A DNA stretch of 64,000 nt, taken from assembly GCA_965150505.1 (NCBI GenBank), contig CBCTVZ010000001.1:3488-67487 (forward strand), in the 5' to 3' direction. Below are positions 61,535 through 64,000 of this stretch, one piece after another. This stretch comes from an uncultured Robinsoniella sp. (lineage in GTDB: Bacteria > Bacillota > Clostridia > Lachnospirales > Lachnospiraceae). The translations under genes and the position numbers were made by a program. The number at the start of each line of letters is the position of its first letter. The first letter of the stretch is position 1. The notes beneath the pieces are model-generated. The model had not been told where the DNA came from and searched no databases. It was given only the letters and a program-made list of their open reading frames with translations.

Positions 61535-64000
61535 CTACTCTCTCTTTTTTCTGTTTCTTCCTTCCAATGCTATTGTTCCGAGATAAAGTCCCACGCTTGC
61601 AATCGTCAAAAAGCTTCCCATCCATAATCCCGGCGGTGTATAGGAAAGTGTGATCTGATGCGTTCCTGCCTCCAAATCAATTCCCATCAATGCCTCGCCG
61701 ATTCGATACTGCTTTGTCTGCTCTCCATCGACGGTAATCTTCCATCCCTCATCATATGGGATACTAAACAGTAACGTTCTCGATTGGTCGGCTGTGATAC
61801 TTCCTTCTATATGGTCGTCTTTAAAACTGGTAATTTCCATCTGTTCTTTCGATAACGCTTCATATACTTTTTCGTATTCATCCTGATGGCAAACATAAAT
61901 TTTAAGCTGAACCGGTCCTGTCTGACCTTCTTTGAAGGTAGCTGTGATATTTGCAAGCTGATCTTCTTCCATACATCCTAGATTATACATCTGATTGTTA
62001 TAATTGTTGTACGTCTTTTGATATTCCGGAGTGGAAACTTCTAGTTTCGCCACAGAAGTCATCAACTGCGCATATACTTGTGATCCTGCTGGCAGCTTTA
62101 TCGTACATGCCTCCCCGCTAACGAGATCTACGGTGCGGTCTAACTTGATAATTGGCTCATATCCCGTTGTCAGATTAATAAACTGATTCTGAACTTCCAT
62201 CGGTGTTCCTGAATGAATATTCCAATTTTTTATCTTTTCATTCACCATAAAACCAAGGGAAAGTGCATCGTCATTGTAAAAGAGTCCATCTGGTTCTTCA
62301 TAATCCACACGCTCAAATTGATACAATGTTTCTGTATTTTCCTTCGATACAATATAATCGATTCCAAATACATCATTAAATAATTTTGTAACGCCAATAT
62401 ATCCGTTTTTGTTTGTACGCGCCTCTATGCCAAGCGCTTTGCATAAATCCACCGTCGCCGCCGGCATCGTAGAAGAAAACAAGACCATACCATTTCCTCC
62501 AAGGAACATATTGGCATTTCTCATTCTCTGACTGTCCATCTCCGTTCTGTAAAACAGTTTTTCTTCCTCTCTGCGCTCTATCATTTTTCGATACGCCGTC
62601 TGTTCTTCCACATAACTGCTTTTGCTGACCGTTCCATTACAGCACACGCCATAGACTGCACTGGCAGTCATCTCGATAACTCCTATTCCAATGATCACAT
62701 TTCGTATCACCAACACACGCTTTTTGCCAAGGCGATATAAGAGCAGCCAAATCAGATACACCGCAAGCAAAGCTAAAGTAATCGCATACACATACCATGC
62801 AAATTCTCCCGTTTTCAGATACGTTGTCACGGATACCGCCACAATCGGCAACAGCGCGGCAAGCGCCACACGCCAGATCGGTAAGATCCGAATATGCTGA
62901 AATACATCATATGCCATCACAAGAAGCATTGCTATATAAAGAAATGCAAATCTGTTCGGCAGACCATTTTGCGTATGGAATCCATGCCAGATATAATTTA
63001 AAACATTGACATCGAAGCTGACGTATAAAAACGCTGTCATGGCAAGATATCCGATTCGTTTTCTTAAAGAAATCTGTTTATCGAGTGCATATAAAATCAC
63101 CAGGATCATGACGAGAACACCGCAATATGCGTTTAATCCAACCTGTGTGTCAGCGATGGTGATTGGCTCTACCGCCGCAAAATGCTGAGTCAGCTGAGAA
63201 AATAATCCCGTATACAACTTGATCGGATTTGGAAACGTATTTCCTGTTGTCGATTCTGTCGTTCCAAGCGCCATGTAAGCCGGAACAAGCACGATCGCTG
63301 CGATTCCTCCGGAAAGAAGAGCATACCATCCAAAATTGACGCAGGAACGGAAAAATTTTTTGATACTTTCTTTCTTTTTGATGCACCACATCATCAAAAA
63401 GTAAAGGCAGGAAAATACGCACATCATAAATCCAATATAGTAATTTGAAAACAAGGCAAAGGAAAGGGAAGCCGCAAAGACTTTTCCGCTCTTTCCCTCT
63501 GTGATTTGTTCTATTCCAATCATCACAAGCGGCAAAACAGCGATACTGTCTAGCCACATCAGATTAAAGTAATAGCCAATCATAAAATTACTCAGCGCAA
63601 ACATACATCCGAATAAAATCGGCGTATAATTTCTATCTTTATTCCTTCTGCTCAGATAATAAGAAAAGAGTCCTCCGCTCAGTCCTATTTTCAGCACGAC
63701 TAACAGCGCCATTGCTTCCATCATCATAGAAGTTGGAAACAGAACAATCAAAAAATTCAATGGGCTTGCAAAATAATATGCAAAAGTAGCCCAAAAATTC
63801 ATCCCTAATCCGCCTCCAAAGGAGTATCGCAACGATTCACTGTTTACAAGTTTTTCATGAAACTCGGTAAAGAATGGCAGATATTGATGGAGCGAATCTA
63901 TAATTAAAATTCCTCTGTCTCCAAATGGCGAAACTTCATTTACTGCAAACGCAAGGATCATAGCAGCAGTCGGAATCAAAAAGCCAAGAAGTGTATTTCT
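61535..64000 (-). CDS. yfhO: YfhO-family polytopic membrane glycosyltransferase; partial, with the N-terminus off the right edge
   Basis: The frame is open to nt 64000. It has more than 12 TM segments, an N-terminal motif IIDSLHQYLPFF, and a C-terminal extracytoplasmic domain ending GTHQITLSYTPPGLWMGSFLTIASV. Confidence 0.8.
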   Translation of the reverse strand, partial: RNTLLGFLIPTAAMILAFAVNEVSPFGDRGILIIDSLHQYLPFFTEFHEKLVNSESLRYSFGGGLGMNFWATFAYYFASPLNFLIVLFPTSMMMEAMALLVVLKIGLSGGLFSYYLSRRNKDRNYTPILFGCMFALSNFMIGYYFNLMWLDSIAVLPLVMIGIEQITEGKSGKVFAASLSFALFSNYYIGFMMCVFSCLYFLMMWCIKKKESIKKFFRSCVNFGWYALLSGGIAAIVLVPAYMALGTTESTTGNTFPNPIKLYTGLFSQLTQHFAAVEPITIADTQVGLNAYCGVLVMILVILYALDKQISLRKRIGYLAMTAFLYVSFDVNVLNYIWHGFHTQNGLPNRFAFLYIAMLLVMAYDVFQHIRILPIWRVALAALLPIVAVSVTTYLKTGEFAWYVYAITLALLAVYLIWLLLYRLGKKRVLVIRNVIIGIGVIEMTASAVYGVCCNGTVSKSSYVEEQTAYRKMIERREEEKLFYRTEMDSQRMRNANMFLGGNGMVLFSSTMPAATVDLCKALGIEARTNKNGYIGVTKLFNDVFGIDYIVSKENTETLYQFERVDYEEPDGLFYNDDALSLGFMVNEKIKNWNIHSGTPMEVQNQFINLTTGYEPIIKLDRTVDLVSGEACTIKLPAGSQVYAQLMTSVAKLEVSTPEYQKTYNNYNNQMYNLGCMEEDQLANITATFKEGQTGPVQLKIYVCHQDEYEKVYEALSKEQMEITSFKDDHIEGSITADQSRTLLFSIPYDEGWKITVDGEQTKQYRIGEALMGIDLEAGTHQITLSYTPPGLWMGSFLTIASVGLYLGTIALEGRNRKKRE

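Noticed and set aside
1-64000. I looked for defence islands, prophage or mobile-element genes, toxin-antitoxin pairs, tRNA/rRNA genes and riboswitch-like leaders.
   Set aside because: I recognised no integrase, transposase, recombinase, restriction, Cas or phage structural motifs in any frame. No tRNA-like cloverleaf segments are present. The intergenic regions other than 42.4-43.1 kb are short and are explained by promoters and terminators.

Overview
The window looks like a low-GC Firmicutes chromosome segment. A Clostridia or Lachnospiraceae gut organism is only a guess from composition, gene content and the many 'cell-wall binding repeat' proteins. About 50 genes are present and all but two lie on the minus strand.

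Layout:
- 1-26.2 kb: a large co-directional cell-envelope glycopolymer locus. It starts with a WbaP-type initiating phosphoglycosyltransferase. It contains two separate Wzm/Wzt-type ABC exporters, glf with two GlfT2-like transferases, and four pyruvyl-transferase domains plus two FrhB-like Fe-S domains, three and one of which are fused into a single 1776-aa protein. It also has a GtrB-like transferase and ends with a methyltransferase followed by a kinase/coiled-coil gene that is missing from the ORF track.
- 26.2-28.0 kb: a separate two-gene GT-C-like membrane unit.
- 28-32.7 kb: a divergent amidase / L,D-transpeptidase pair, both carrying cell-wall binding repeats.
- 32.7-37 kb: a non-canonical cdaA-cdaR (c-di-AMP) operon with two unknown membrane proteins upstream and an HPr gene downstream.
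- 37-46 kb: AI-2E transporter, comFC, a recD2 interrupted by one in-frame TAA, mreB, a duplicated structured intergenic element, and uvrA.
- 46.1-56.1 kb: a sucrose/fructan utilisation block lying between uvrA and uvrB. It comprises a LacI regulator, an ABC importer, an HPr-like protein, GH32, fructokinase and an amylosucrase-like GH13.
- 56.2-64 kb: uvrB (apparently with an ATT start), crh-like, whiA, rapZ, murB and a partial yfhO.

I saw no rRNA, tRNA, CRISPR array, transposase or integrase. All functional calls rest on motif recognition in the supplied translations and on my own reading of the DNA. No database search was run.
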